64,000 nt of DNA from an uncultured Chloroflexia bacterium. Its GTDB lineage: Bacteria > Chloroflexota > Limnocylindria > Limnocylindrales > CSP1-4. The position numbers and the translations under genes are program-made. The notes under the pieces are model-generated. The model was not told the origin of the DNA and did not search any database. It was given only the letters and a program-made list of their open reading frames with translations. The DNA lies in NCBI GenBank assembly GCA_963741085.1, contig CAVUGM010000004.1, positions 141,988 to 205,987 on the forward strand, read 5' to 3'. Shown here piece after piece: positions 39,188-50,917 of the stretch. Position 1 is the first letter of the stretch. The number at the start of each line of letters is the position of its first letter.

Positions 39188-39320
39188 GGAGGCGCCATTC
39201 TAGGACGGGAACGAACGGGGCGCCGCGAGGCCCAGGCCTCGGGCCGCGCCGGTCAAGGCTCGCCCCGCGCCGGTGGAGCCCGCCAAGCTCCCGGCGGCCG
39301 GCTGGTCCGGGCCCGAGGCG

Positions 39321-39609
39321 GGCTCTCCTACTTCACCGTGAGGGTGCCGGTCATGTTCGGGTGGACGGTGCAGACGAAGCCGTAGGTCCCCGCGGGAAGG
39401 GCCGGCACGTCGTAGGTCCGGCTGTCCACCCCGCTGAAGATCTCGCCCTTCCAGACCTCGGCCCCGTCGGGCTGATCCCTGTGGATCGAGACGTTGTGGG
39501 GGATCCCCGCGTCGTTGTTGGTGAAGACGATCTGGAACGGCGTGTTCGCCGGCGCCTCGAGGCTCGTCGTGTCGTAGGCGACCCCCGAGGCGGCGATCTT
39601 GAGGACGAC
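39321..39609 (-). repeat. Copy 1 of a ~285-bp direct repeat encoding a cupredoxin domain
   Basis: Near-identical to 43050-43339. Confidence 0.9.
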
Positions 39610-40543
39610 GGCCGCGCCGCCGCCCCCGCCGCCGAGGAGGCCGGGCTCGCCGCACGCGGAGCCGGCCGGGGCTCGCGGGCCGCGCCCGACGCGCCCGGGG
39701 CCTGGGCGGCCGCGCCGGAGGGCAGCGCACGGCGATGTCCGCTCCACCGGTGCTCCGCCGACGTGCCGCTGCGCGGCGGGAACACCCCGCCCGCGACCAG
39801 CACGCGACCCGACGAAGAGGACGGCGAAGACGATGAGCGTGCCCGTCGGGAAGCGTGGCGCCGGGATGTTCTCCAGGTGACCGGTCACGTCGGCCCTCTC
39901 GACCTGGCGGTACTCCTTGCGGGCGTCGTTGAGCCAGCCGAGGAGGCCGATCACGATCATGAGGATTCCAGCCGGCGACGATCGCGGGGTTGAGCACGAG
40001 GCCGAGCAGCAGCGCGCGGACGCCATCGCCGCGAGGAGCGGCCGGAAGGAGGGCCCGGGAACGTGGACACCTTCGGGCGGGCCCGCGGCCGCGACCGCGG
40101 GCAGGGCGGTCGGCGGCTCAAGCCGTCGTACTCCCGGCTGGCCTCGCGGCCCCAGTAGAGGAGCGCGCCGACCATCGAAAGCGAGGCCGATGGCAAGCGC
40201 GACGACTCCCGAACGGCTCCACGCGATCGTGGAGGTCCCGGACGTGGCGCCCGGCGTGATCTTGATGAAGAGCGTCGAGAGGACGAGCGCGAACGCGCCT
40301 CCCGCCGCGAGGAACGGAGCCAGGCTCGGGCCCGGCATGTGGATGCCTGCCGGGAGCCGGCGCGACGGGGAGTGGCCGCGTGACCTGGGGTCCGGCCGCG
40401 GCATAGCGCCGGACGACCCGATGCCAGGTACACCGCGACGACGATCGCCAGGAGCGCGAGTGGGGATCAGGAGGAGGAGCGCTGCCCCAGTCCGGTGAGA
40501 CGAGCGAGCCGACGACCTCGAGGAACTTGTCCCAGAGCGACAT
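39328..40543 (-). CDS. Membrane protein (CtaF/subunit IV-like segments) with C-terminal cupredoxin domain (several frameshifts)
   Basis: Repeated GIHMPGPS..P / GVHVPGPS..P + TM pairs; PHN...CTVHPNM. Confidence 0.7.
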
Positions 40544-40564
40544 GGGAACGAGGCGCGCCTCCGG

Positions 40565-40745
40565 CTACTGTTCGTCGCCGCGCGGGGAGCCGGCGATCAG
40601 CACGTACGACATCAGGCCCATCGCGATGCCCAGCGCGATGAGCAGCGTCGCCCCGATCGGGTCGTGGCTGACGAGCGCGTAGACGATCCCGACCACGATG
40701 AAGAGGAGGCCGGCGAGGAGGGCGTACCTCGGCTTGATCGATCAT
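40565..40745 (-). CDS. Small two-TM protein, probable oxidase small subunit (apparent 4-bp duplication at start)
   Basis: KPRYALLAGLLFIVVGIVYALVSHDPIGATLLIALGIAMGLMSYVLIAG read manually; lies within the cox operon. Confidence 0.55.
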
Positions 40746-40761
40746 CGGTGCTCCCGGGTGG

Positions 40762-41406
40762 CTAGAGCAGGTAGAGCGTGGAGAAGAGGACGATCCAGAC
40801 GACGTCGACGAAGTGCCAGTAGATCGACGTCGCCTCGACCATGTCGTGGTGGCGCGCCGAGAACTGGCCCGGCCAGGCCACGGTACAGCACGACACCGAC
40901 AGCATGATCGCCCCACCCGCCACGTGCGCGCCGTGGAAGCCAGTCAGCGTGTAGAACGTGCTGCCGAAGGCGGTGTCGGTGATCCCGAACTCGAGCTGGG
41001 TGTAGTCCCACATCTGGCCGGTCAGGAAGAGGAGGCCGAGGACGACCGTCACTCCCGTCGCCCTCAGGAAGGCGCGTCCGATCGCCCCGCCGGATCGCCC
41101 AGACGCCCGACCTGCATGGTGACCGAGCTGAGCACCAGGATCGCGGTCAGGGTGCCGGCGACGGCCAGGTGCTCGGGCGTGTGCAGGTTGAAGGGCTCGT
41201 AGGGCCGCTCGTTGACGAGCGGCGGCCACTGCGGCGACGTCGATCCGGACGTTGAAGTAGGCGGCAAAGAGCCCCGCGAAGAACATCACCTCGGAGGCGA
41301 TGAAGAGGATCATCCCGAGGATCGGGTTGCTGATCCCCCGCTGGGCGTGGCCGTGCCACTCGCCGATCCCCGTGTCGTGGACGGCGACGGTCGGGTTGGC
41401 GGCCAT
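40762..41406 (-). CDS. ctaE: Cytochrome c oxidase subunit III (frameshifts)
   Basis: GMILFIASEVMFF, FYTLTGFHGAHV, YWHFVDVVW. Confidence 0.92.
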   Translation of the reverse strand: MAANPTVAVHDTGIGEWHGHAQRGISNPILGMILFIASEVMFFAGLFAAYFNVRIDVAAVAAARQRAALRALQPAHARAPGRRRHPDRDPGAQLGHHAGRASGRSGGAIGRAFLRATGVTVVLGLLFLTGQMWDYTQLEFGITDTAFGSTFYTLTGFHGAHVAGGAIMLSVSCCTVAWPGQFSARHHDMVEATSIYWHFVDVVWIVLFSTLYLL

Positions 41407-41408
41407 CG

Positions 41409-43046
41409 TCAGTGCCCCGCCTGCAGCTGTGGCGGGTCACTCGCGTGGCGCTGGTCGAAGACAGGGCGTTCGGAGCGGATCGGCGGGAGCCGGTCGAAGT
41501 TCCACGGCGGCGGCGGCGAGGAGGTCGCCCACTCCAGGGTGTTGCCCTCCCACGGGTCGTCGCCGGCCGGCTCGCCGCCGCGCAGCGACGTGAAGATGTT
41601 CCACAGGAACGGCAGCATCCCCACGGCGATCGTGAAGCCACCGATCGTCGCCAGCAGGTTGAGGTCGTTCCAGCCCGCGGTGGCGCTGTAGTCGGCGATC
41701 CGGCGGACCATCCCGGATGTCCCCAGGATGTGCATCGGGAAGAAGGTCAGGTTCATGCCGATGAAGATCAGGATGAAATGGATCCTCCCCAGGCCCTCGT
41801 TCAGGCGGCGGCCGAACATCTTCGGGAACCAGTAGTAGGTGGCAGCGAAGATGCCCATGATCGAGCCGCCGAAGAGCACGTAGTGGATGTGAGCGACGAT
41901 CCAGTAGGTCGCGTGGACGTGGTAGTCGACCGGGACCGAGGCGAGGAAGGCGCCGTCGATGCCGCCGATGAGGAAGAGCATCAGGAAGCCCACGGCGAAC
42001 AGCATCGAGGTCGTGAACGTCAGCTTGCCGCGGTACATCGTCGCGATCCAGTTGAACATCTTCACGCCCGTCGGGACCGCGATCAGGAAGGTCATGAGGC
42101 TGAAGAACGGCAGGTAGACGCTGCCGGTCGTGAACATGTGGTGGGCCCAGACGGAGAAGCCCAGGGCGCCGATCGCGGCTGTCGCGAAGACGAACGCCTT
42201 GTAGCCGAAGAGGGGCTTGCGGCTGAAGGTCGGGATGACCTCGCTCACGATCCCCATCGCCGGCAGGATCATGATGTAGACCGCCGGGTGGCTGTAGAAC
42301 CAGAAGACGTTCTGCCAGAGGATCGCGTTGCCGCCCTGGAGCTGGGTGTTGAAGAAGCTCCCGCCGAGGTTGCGGTCGATGAAGAGCATCATCAGCGCCG
42401 AGCGTCAGGACCGGGGTTCCCATCAGGACGAGCACGCTCGTCACGAGGATCGTCCAGACGAAGATCGGCATCCGGAAGAGGGTCATCCCCGGAGCCCGCA
42501 TCTTGAAGATCGTGACCAGGAAGTTCACCGACCCGAGGATCGAGCTGGTGCCGACGAGGAGCAGGGCGACGATCCAGAGGTCGGTGCCGATGCCCGGCGA
42601 GAACTTGTCCTGGGCCAGCGGGCTGTAGCTCGTCCAGCCCTCCGCCGCGGCGCCGCCGAGCGGGAAGCCGAGGATGGCGATGAGGGCCGACAGGGCAGCA
42701 GCCAGAACGAGAGGGCGTTGATGCGCGGGAACGCCATGTCCGGCGCCCCGATCATCAGCGGCACGAAGTAGTTGCCGAAGCCCGCCAGGAACGGGATGAC
42801 GACCCAGAAGATCATCACCGACGCGTGCATCGTGAAGACCTGGTTGTAGGTGGACTCGCTCATGAACTGGAGGCCCGGCTGGGCCAGCTCGGAGCGGACG
42901 GCCAGGGCGAGGAGGCCGCCGATGAGGAAGAGCAGCAGCGAGTTGAAGAAGTAGAGGATGCCGATCTTCTTGTGATCGGTCGTCGTCAGCCAGTCGTAGA
43001 CGCCCGAACGGTAGGTGGCCGCGGGGCGGAGCGCAGTCGTCGCCAT
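41409..43046 (-). CDS. ctaD: Cytochrome c oxidase subunit I, A2 subtype (two frameshifts)
   Basis: [51 protein letters not shown]. Confidence 0.95.
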
Positions 43047-43049
43047 CGG

Positions 43050-43339
43050 GGCTCTCCTACTTCACCGTGAGGGTGCCGGTCATGTTCGGGTGGACGGTGC
43101 AGGCGAAGCCGTAGGTCCCCGCGGGAAGGGCCGGCACGTCGTAGGTCCGGCTGTCCACCCCGCTGAAGATCTCGCCCTTCCAGACCTCGGCCCCGGTCGG
43201 GCTGTCCTTGTGGATCGAGACGTTGTGGGGGATCCCCGCGTCGTTGTTGGTGAAGGCGATCTGGAACGCCGTGTTCGCCGGCGCCTCGAGGCTCGTCGTG
43301 TCGTAGGCCACCCCCGAGGCGGCGATCTTGAGGATGACC
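43050..43339 (-). repeat. Copy 2 of the cupredoxin-domain direct repeat
   Basis: Near-identical to 39321-39609. Confidence 0.9.
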
Positions 43340-44297
43340 GACTGGCCGGGCGCCTGGCTCGCGCCCGGGGAGGCGCTCGTGCCGGGGGCGGCGCTGGAAC
43401 CGGGGGCGGCGCTCGTGCCGGGGGCCGCGCTCGCGGGGCTGCTTGCCGACGGGGCCGGAGTCGGCGTCGGAGGCGGCGTGAGCGCCTGCTTGAGCCAGGC
43501 GTCGTAGGCGGCGCGGCTCTGGACGACGACCTCGAACTCCATCTCCTGGTGCAGCAGCCCGCAGAACTGGGTGCACTGGCCTCGGTACGTGCCTTCGCGG
43601 TCGGCAAGGAACTGGATCACCTGGTCCTTGCGCGGCGTGATGTCGCGCTGGTACAGGAAGGCCGGCACGTAGAACGAGTGGATCACGTCGTTGGAGTGCA
43701 TCTGCAGCTCCACGGTCTGGCCGACCGGGACGTGCATCTGGGGCGGGGTCCAGCCGATGCGGTTGCCGTTGGGGGGCGGCACGCCGATCACCGTGACGCA
43801 CTTGCCCTTGTTCTGGGGCGCCCCGCAGTCCTCCCAGCGGATGTCCGGGGGCGCGTAGACGAACTCCCACTGCCACTGGTAGGCGACGACGCCGATGCGG
43901 ACCGGCGGGTCCGGCTGATGGGCATCGACCGTGTTGAGGGTCTGCCACGAGAGGACGAACAGGGCCAGCACGAGGGCGATCGGGATCGCCGTCCAGATGA
44001 TCTCGAGGCGGTTGCTGCCGTGGATCTGCGGCGGCAGCTCGTCGTCGCCCCGGCGGCGGCGGTAGCGCAGCACCGCGAAGAGGATCAGCCCCTCGACCAG
44101 GAAGAAGATCGCGGCCCCGATCACGAAGACGATGTCGTACAGGTTGCTGGGTCGCCTACGCCCTGGGTCGTGGCCGGATCGGGCGGCATCGCGGAGCGGA
44201 TGTTGAAGTCCGAGCACGCGGACACGAGGAAGGCGACCGCCAGCAGCAGCAGCGCGAGCATCGCGCGGCGGTGCGGCGTCTTCCGGTTGAACGTCAT
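43057..44297 (-). CDS. ctaC: Cytochrome c oxidase subunit II with extra C-terminal cupredoxin domain (frameshift near 44150)
   Basis: Lipobox LVSAC, LEIIWTAIP, QWQWEF, DVIHSF, CTQFCGLLHQEM (CuA); SAAPG linker; PHN..CTVHPNM. Confidence 0.92.
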
Positions 44298-44493
44298 CGA
44301 GCCTCCCTTGCCCTCTGCCCGCCGGCCCACCCCGCCCGGGCGCCGGACAGCCCAGTCCGCGTGCTCCGCGCCGGGACGCGTGCGGACGGGAGCGCGCGCA
44401 TGATACCCGAACCTCGTGCGCAGATGCGCATGCGACGAGATGGTTGCCGTGCGTGCAACAGCCGCGCCGCCGGAGACGCGCGAGAATGACCCG

Positions 44494-45555
44494 GTGACCG
44501 ATCGCCATTGCCGGTCCCCGGAGCGCGCGGCGCCCCTCGCGGGCGCCGTCGGCGCGTTGCCCGTGGCGGCACTTCGTCCTTGCCACCTCGGTCCTGGCCC
44601 ACGGCGGCGACGCCGTCCCGCCGGCGCCCGACCCCGTCGATCCTGCTCTTCGACTGGACGTTCTACCCGCAGGTCGTGGTCTCGCTCCTCGTCGCCGCCG
44701 CCGCCTACCTGTGGGCGGTCCGGCGCGTCAACCGCGGCGCATCCGACGAACCCGGTCCCCGCGGATCGGACCGTCTTCTTCCTTCTCGGGCTCGCCTGCG
44801 TCGCGGTCGCCCTGATGTCCGGCATCGAGCGCTACGACACGGAGCTCTTCTCGGTCCACATGATCCAGCACCTGCTCGCTGGTCTTCGGCGCGGCGCCGG
44901 CGATCATCCTGGCCGCGCCGATCACCCTGCGTCCTGCGGGCCTCGACGCCGGCGGTCCGGACGCGGTGGGTCCTGCCGGTCCTCCGCTCGCGGGTCGTGA
45001 GGGTCGTCGGCCACCCCCTGGTGGCGTGGCTCCTCTTCACCGTCGTGATGTGGGGGAGCCACGTCTCGCCGCTCTTCGACGCGGCGCTCGAGGACCCGCT
45101 GGTCCACGACCTGGAGCATGCCCTGTACATGGCCACGGCCCTCCTCTTCTGGTGGCCCGTCGTCGGCCGCGACCCCAGCCCCTATCGGCTCCCGTATCCC
45201 GCCCGCGTCTTCTACCTGTTCGCTGCAGATGCCGCTGAACTCGCTGCTCGGGGTGGCGATCCTCTTCTCCGAGCAGGTGCTCTATCCGCACTACGCCACG
45301 ACCGGGCGCGCGTGGCCGCCGAGTCCGCTCGCGGACCAGCAGCTCGCCGGCGCGATCATGTGGGGCGTCGGCGACGCCTGCTTCGTGGTCGCGATCCTGC
45401 TCGTCCTGGCGGACTGGATGCGCCACGAGGAGGCCGACACGCGCCGGCGCGAGGCCGCCCAGGACGCGATCGCGGCGCGTCGCGCCGGGGCCGCGCGAGA
45501 CGCCCGGGGGCTGACGACCGGAGGTCAGGCGCCCGGGATCGGGGCCTGCAGGTAG
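44494..45555 (+). CDS. ctaG: caa3-type cytochrome c oxidase assembly factor (several frameshifts)
   Basis: LFSVHMIQHLL, VHDLEHALY..LFWWPV, LADQQLAGAIMW; divergent from the cox operon. Confidence 0.85.
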
Positions 45556-46536
45556 CCCAGGTAGCGCTCGGGGTCCACGTTGCCGCCGGACACGACGCAG
45601 ACGACGGTCCCGGGTCCGGTGCCGGCGCCGATCTCGGCCGCGTGGAACCGCAGCGCCGCGATCGGGAGCGCCCCGGACGGCTCGACCACGAGGCGGGCCT
45701 CCTCGGCGGCGATGCGCACCCCGGCCGCGATCTCGTCCTCGCGAACGGTCACGATGCCGTCGAGGAACGCACGCAGGTGGGCGAAGGTTCGCGCGCCGAG
45801 CGCCTGCGTGCGGGTGCCGTCGGCGATCGTCCGCGAGACGTCGGCGGCCGACCATTCGACGATCTCGCCGCGCGGCGAGCGATTCCCGCGCGTCGGCGGC
45901 CAGCTCCGGCTCCACGCCGATCACCCGCGCCGACGGCCGGAGGGCCTTGACCGCCGCCGCGACGCCCGACGCCAGGCCTCCGCCGCCGACCGGGACGAGC
46001 ACGAGCGCGAGGTCGGGCAGGTCATCCGCGATCTCCAGCCCGCAGGTCCCCTGGCCGGCGATGATCCGGTCGTCGTCGTAGGGCGGGATCATCGCGAGGC
46101 CGCGCTCGGCGGCAAGACGCTCCGCGACCGCCTGCCGCTCCGCGCTCGCGTTGCCGACCGTGACGATCTCGGCGCCGTCGGCCAGCACGCGCGCCCGCTT
46201 GATCGCGGGCGCGTTCTCGGGCATGACGATCACGGCCGGGCACGCCGAGCAGGCGCGCGGCGCGGGCGACGCCCTGGGCGTGGTTGCCGGACGAGTAGGT
46301 GATCAGGCCCGCGCGCGCGCTCCGCGGGCGCGAGCGCCGCGGCCGCCGTTGTAGCGCGCCACGGATCTTGAAGGCGCCGATCGGCTGGAGCGACTCGGCC
46401 TTGAGGAGGTGGCCGCGCGCAGGGTCGCCGAGCGCCACGAGGGGCGTCCGCAGGGACACGCCGCGGAGCGTACTCGGCCGCCGCCCGGATCCGGGCGAGG
46501 TCGACCAGCGGGTGCGCTGGGATCGGAGGCGCTCAC
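45525..46536 (-). CDS. PLP-dependent threonine/serine dehydratase family protein (several frameshifts)
   Basis: [47 protein letters not shown]. Confidence 0.88.
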
Positions 46537-46555
46537 CGGCCGGGTCGCGCAGCGG

Positions 46556-46891
46556 CTAGCGGTGCGCGCGGCCGCACTCGACGCAGGTGGTGGACCAGGG
46601 CACGACCTCGTGACGCTCGGCCGAGATCTGGCCGCCGCAGATCTCGCAGACCGTGTACGTGCCGGCCTCGATCCGCGCCAGGGCGTGCTCGATGGCGTGG
46701 AACCGCCGCTCGGCCTGCTCGCGGAACGCCAGGTCGCGCTGCTGGGCGAAGACCTGCGCCGCGGCGGCGGCCTGCGACCCGTATGTCATCTGGCCGGGCG
46801 CCTCGATCTCCTCGCCGAGCTCGGCGCGAAGGCGCGCCTGCTCCTCCACGAGGCGCGCGCGCGCGGCGACGAGATCGGTCGTCGGGTCCAT
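46556..46891 (-). CDS. TraR/DksA C4 zinc-finger protein
   Basis: ALARIEAGTYTVCEICG..I..ER..VPWSTTCVEC. Confidence 0.85.
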   Translation of the reverse strand: MDPTTDLVAARARLVEEQARLRAELGEEIEAPGQMTYGSQAAAAAQVFAQQRDLAFREQAERRFHAIEHALARIEAGTYTVCEICGGQISAERHEVVPWSTTCVECGRAHR

Positions 46892-47108
46892 GGCGCCATC
46901 CTAGCGGCCCCGTCGAGGCGCCGCGACGCCATCAGGCCGGCGTGACGCCTTCGGCCCGTGTGCGATCTGGGTGCCGTTCTGGCCGGCGGCCGCCCCGGGC
47001 CCTGCTCCGGCCGGTGCCGGAGTGCTACCCTGTGCGCTGCCGACCCTGGCGCCGGCGCCCCTACTGTGTGCGACTCGCCGAACGCCCCTAGCCGGAGGAC
47101 GTCAAGAG

Positions 47109-47396
<288 letters not shown>

Positions 47397-47519
47397 CCGA
47401 CTGACGCCCGGCAGCGGGCGCCCCGTCGCGCTTTCGACGACCGGCCCCCGATCCAGGAGCGGCCGGTCGTTCAACGTCCCGGCCCGGGCCTTCGCCCGGC
47501 TCCGGGGAGGCCACTCGAC

Positions 47520-48371
47520 ATGCGCATCGTCTCGCTCGCGCCGGCCGCCACGGAGATCGTCTGGGCACTCGGGCTCGGCGACGACCTGGTCGCGGTCACG
47601 CCCGCCTGCGACCACCCTCCGGGTGTCGCCGGGCGGCCCGTGGTCACCGAGGCTGAAGTCGTGGCCGGCGCGCTCCGCGACCTGCGTCCGGACCTGGTCC
47701 TCGCGGGTCCCCGCCAGCCTGTCACCCGGGGCGCCCAGGCGCCCATCGGTGCCGCCGACCTTCGGGCCGCGGTGGGCGACGGCGCCAGCCTGATCGTCCT
47801 CGATCCGAGGAGCCTGGAGGGCATCTTCCACGCGATCGCGACCGTCGGTGCCATGACCGACGCGGAGGACGAGGCCGTGGGCCTCGTCGAGATCCTGCGG
47901 GAGCGCCTGGCCGACGTCGAGGAGCTCGTGGCGGCTCGTCACGATGCCGGCCGCCACTCGCCTCGCGTCGTGGCCCTCGACCGGCTCGATCCGCCCGAGT
48001 CGGCCGGCCTGTGGGTGCCGGAGCAGGTGCGCCGGGCCGGTGGGTGGGAGGTGCTCGGCGAGGCCGGCGCGCCGAGCACCGCCGCGACCTGGGAGACGAT
48101 CGCGGACGTCGACCCGGAGATGCTCCTGCTCGCGCCGCGGGGCATGCACCTCTCCGACGTGGAGCGCGCCTGGCGCGCGATGCGGCGGCCGCGCGGCTGG
48201 ACCGAGATCCAGGCGGTTCGTCGCGGCCAGGTGTTCGCCCTCGACGCGGCGTCGTACTTCGACCGGCCGGGCCCGCGGGTCATCGACGGGGTCGAGATCC
48301 TCGCCGAGATCTTCGATCCGGCGGCGTTCGTGGACGTCGCGCCCACGGGAAGCTGGGTGCCGGTCACGTGA
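47520..48371 (+). CDS. BtuF-like (cobalamin/siderophore) substrate-binding protein without signal peptide
   Basis: MRIVSLAPAATEI..LG, YFDRPGPRVIDGVEILA. Confidence 0.8.
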   Translation: MRIVSLAPAATEIVWALGLGDDLVAVTPACDHPPGVAGRPVVTEAEVVAGALRDLRPDLVLAGPRQPVTRGAQAPIGAADLRAAVGDGASLIVLDPRSLEGIFHAIATVGAMTDAEDEAVGLVEILRERLADVEELVAARHDAGRHSPRVVALDRLDPPESAGLWVPEQVRRAGGWEVLGEAGAPSTAATWETIADVDPEMLLLAPRGMHLSDVERAWRAMRRPRGWTEIQAVRRGQVFALDAASYFDRPGPRVIDGVEILAEIFDPAAFVDVAPTGSWVPVT

Positions 48372-49108
48372 CGGGATCCGCGCGCGAGCCTGGCGCGGGC
48401 GCCCCGGCATCCGCCGGGACCGGGGCCTCCCACGAGGCGGAGCTGGTCCCGTACTACGAGGCCCGGGCGGCCGAGTACGACGACTGGTACCGGCGGCGCG
48501 GGCGCTACGCGCACGGGCTGGTCGACGACCTTGCCTGGCAGGCCGAATTGGCCGCGGCCGCGACCTGGCTCGACGGGCTGCCCTGGCGCGGCGAGATCGT
48601 CGAGCTGGCGGCAGGCACGGGATGGTGGACCGCGCTGCTCGCCCCTCGAGGCGAGCTCCACGCTTACGACGCGGCCGCCGCTCCACTGGACCGAGCCCGT
48701 GATCGCCTGCTCACCCACGACCTGCGCGCTCACCTCCAGGTGCGGGACGCATGGGCCCTGCCGGATCGCGCGGTCGATGCTCTCTTCACGGGGTTCTGGC
48801 TGAGCCATGTCCCGCGGGCCCGGCTGCCGGAGTTCCTGCGCGTCGTCCGTGCCTGGCTGAAGCCGGGGGCGCTGTTCGCGGCAATCGACTCCCTCCCCGA
48901 TCCGGCCTCCGGCACCCGGGGCCGGCTGGCGCCGCCGGGTCCCGATCTCGCCAGGCGCCGTCTCGCGGACGGCCGCCAATTCACCATCCCCAAGGTGCAC
49001 TACGCGCCCGAGGAGCTCGACGGTGCTCTTCGCGCTGCCGGTCTCGAGGCGGTCGAGGTGCGCACGACGGGTCGCTTCTTCCTGCTGGCGAGCGCACGAG
49101 GACCCTGA
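48368..49108 (+). CDS. Class I SAM-dependent methyltransferase
   Basis: YYEARAAEYD, VELAAGTGWWT, GFWLSHVP, LKPG. Confidence 0.85.
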   Translation: MTGSAREPGAGAPASAGTGASHEAELVPYYEARAAEYDDWYRRRGRYAHGLVDDLAWQAELAAAATWLDGLPWRGEIVELAAGTGWWTALLAPRGELHAYDAAAAPLDRARDRLLTHDLRAHLQVRDAWALPDRAVDALFTGFWLSHVPRARLPEFLRVVRAWLKPGALFAAIDSLPDPASGTRGRLAPPGPDLARRRLADGRQFTIPKVHYAPEELDGALRAAGLEAVEVRTTGRFFLLASARGP

Positions 49109-49148
49109 CCTCCCGGGGCGGCGCCCGGGGTGGGATACACTCGCGCGC

Positions 49149-50013
49149 ATGTCGCCCCTCGCAGGCCGTACCCTCGCCACGGTCGGCACCGGGGTCATGG
49201 CCGAGTCCATGATCGCGGGCCTCATCAAGGGCCGCCTCGTCGAGCCGGACCGCGTGGTCGCCAGCCATCCGAGGGCGGACCGCCGTGACCAGCTCGCCCG
49301 TGACCACGGCATCCGCGTCACGGCCAGCAACGTCGAGGCCGTGCTGGGCGCCGACATCGTCGTCCTCGCGGTGAAGCCCCAGATGCTGCCGCGGGTGGGG
49401 CGCGAGATCGGTCCCCACCTCGCCCCGGGTCAGCTGGTGCTGAGCATCATCGCCGGGGCCACGACCAAGGCCATCGAGGGGCTCCTCGGCCACCGCGAGC
49501 TCGTCCGAAGCATGCCCAACACGCCGGCCCAGCTCGGTCGCGGGATGACGGTCTGGTACGCGACGCCCGAGACGACCGCCGACCAGCGGGCGCAGGCGAA
49601 GGCGCTCCTGTCCGCGCTCGGCGCCGAGATCGAGGTCGACGACGAGAAGTTCGTGGCCATGGCGACAGCCGTGTCGGGCACCGGGCCGACCTACGTCTTC
49701 CTGTTCATGGAGGCGCTCATCGACGCCGCCGTCCACCTCGGCTTCCCGCGCCACGTGGCCCACGACCTGGTGGTGGAGACGCTCGAGGGGAGCACGCTCT
49801 TCGCCAAGCAGTCCGGCGACCATCCGGCGGTGCTTCGCAACATGGTCACCTCGCCCGGCGGCACGAGCGCGGCCGCGCTCCACGAGCTCGAGTCCGGGCC
49901 GCCTTCGGACCGTCCTCTCCGAGGCGGTCTGGGCTGCCTACCGGCGCACGGTCGAGCTGGGCGACCAGCTCGAGGCGGCCGGGACCGCGCCCGGTGAGAG
50001 CCACGGCGGGTGA
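49149..50013 (+). CDS. proC: Pyrroline-5-carboxylate reductase (frameshift near 49897)
   Basis: GTGVMA, LAVKPQ, RSMPNTP, TAVSGTGP, VTSPGGTS. Confidence 0.92.
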
Positions 50014-50077
50014 AGGCCGGAGCCCTGGCGCAGCTCGACCCGCAGGCGCGCCCGGTCGACACCCGGAGGACGGGCCG

Positions 50078-50909
50078 ATGACGAGTGCGTCGCGCGGGCT
50101 GCTCGCGATCTTCGCGCACCCCGACGACGAGACCTTCGGTGCCGGCGGGACGCTGGCGCTTGCCGCCGCGGCCGGCGTTCCGACCTGGATCGTGTGCGCG
50201 ACCGATGGCGACCTCGGCGGCGTCGAGGGGGCCCGTGAGCTCGACCCCGAGCTGCGGCGGGGCGAGCTCCGCTGCGCGACGTCGGCGCTCGGGGTCGCCG
50301 AGCCGATCTTCCTCGGCTACGGCGACTCGGGCATGGAGGGCTGGCCGAAGCCGGCCGGCTGCCTCGCCCTGGCGGACGAGGAGGAGGTCGTCGGGCGGCT
50401 GGTGGACGTGATCGGCCGGCTCCGCCCCGCGACGATCGTGACGTTCGACCCCGGCGGCATCTACGGCCACCCGGATCACGTCGCAATCTCGGCGCGCGCA
50501 ACCGAGGCCTTCCGGCGCGCGTCGGCCGAGCCCGGCGGGCCCGTCGCGCTCTACCACCAGGCGCTCTCCCGCAGCGGCCTCGCGGGGTGGGGCGAGATGC
50601 AGGCCGAATGGGCTGCCCTGCGGGGCGAGGCCGGCCGCCGCCGAACCCTCGGCCGACGACCTGCTCCAGCAGCAGCGTTTCGTCGAGCTGGCGCGACCCG
50701 ACGAGGACTTCACCACCGAGGTCGACGTGCGGCCCGTCCTCGATCGGAAGCTCGCCGCGTTCGCCTGCCATGCCAGCCAGATCCGGGAGGACTGGTCCGT
50801 GGCGCCGCGCGAGATGCTGGAGCGCTGGATGGGCGTCGAGATGTTCATCCGGGTCGTCCCGGCGCCGGTGCCGGGGGAGCGGGAGAAGACCCTCCGCGGC
50901 GTGGTATAA
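50078..50909 (+). CDS. PIG-L/LmbE family deacetylase (MshB/Mca-like) (frameshift near 50640)
   Basis: AHPDDE, DSGM, GIYGHPDH, CHASQ. Confidence 0.88.
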
Positions 50910-50917
50910 CGCCGGCG

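Noticed and set aside
47397-47519. Cobalamin riboswitch before the BtuF-like gene
   Set aside because: Region is short and lacks recognisable B12-box and core motifs
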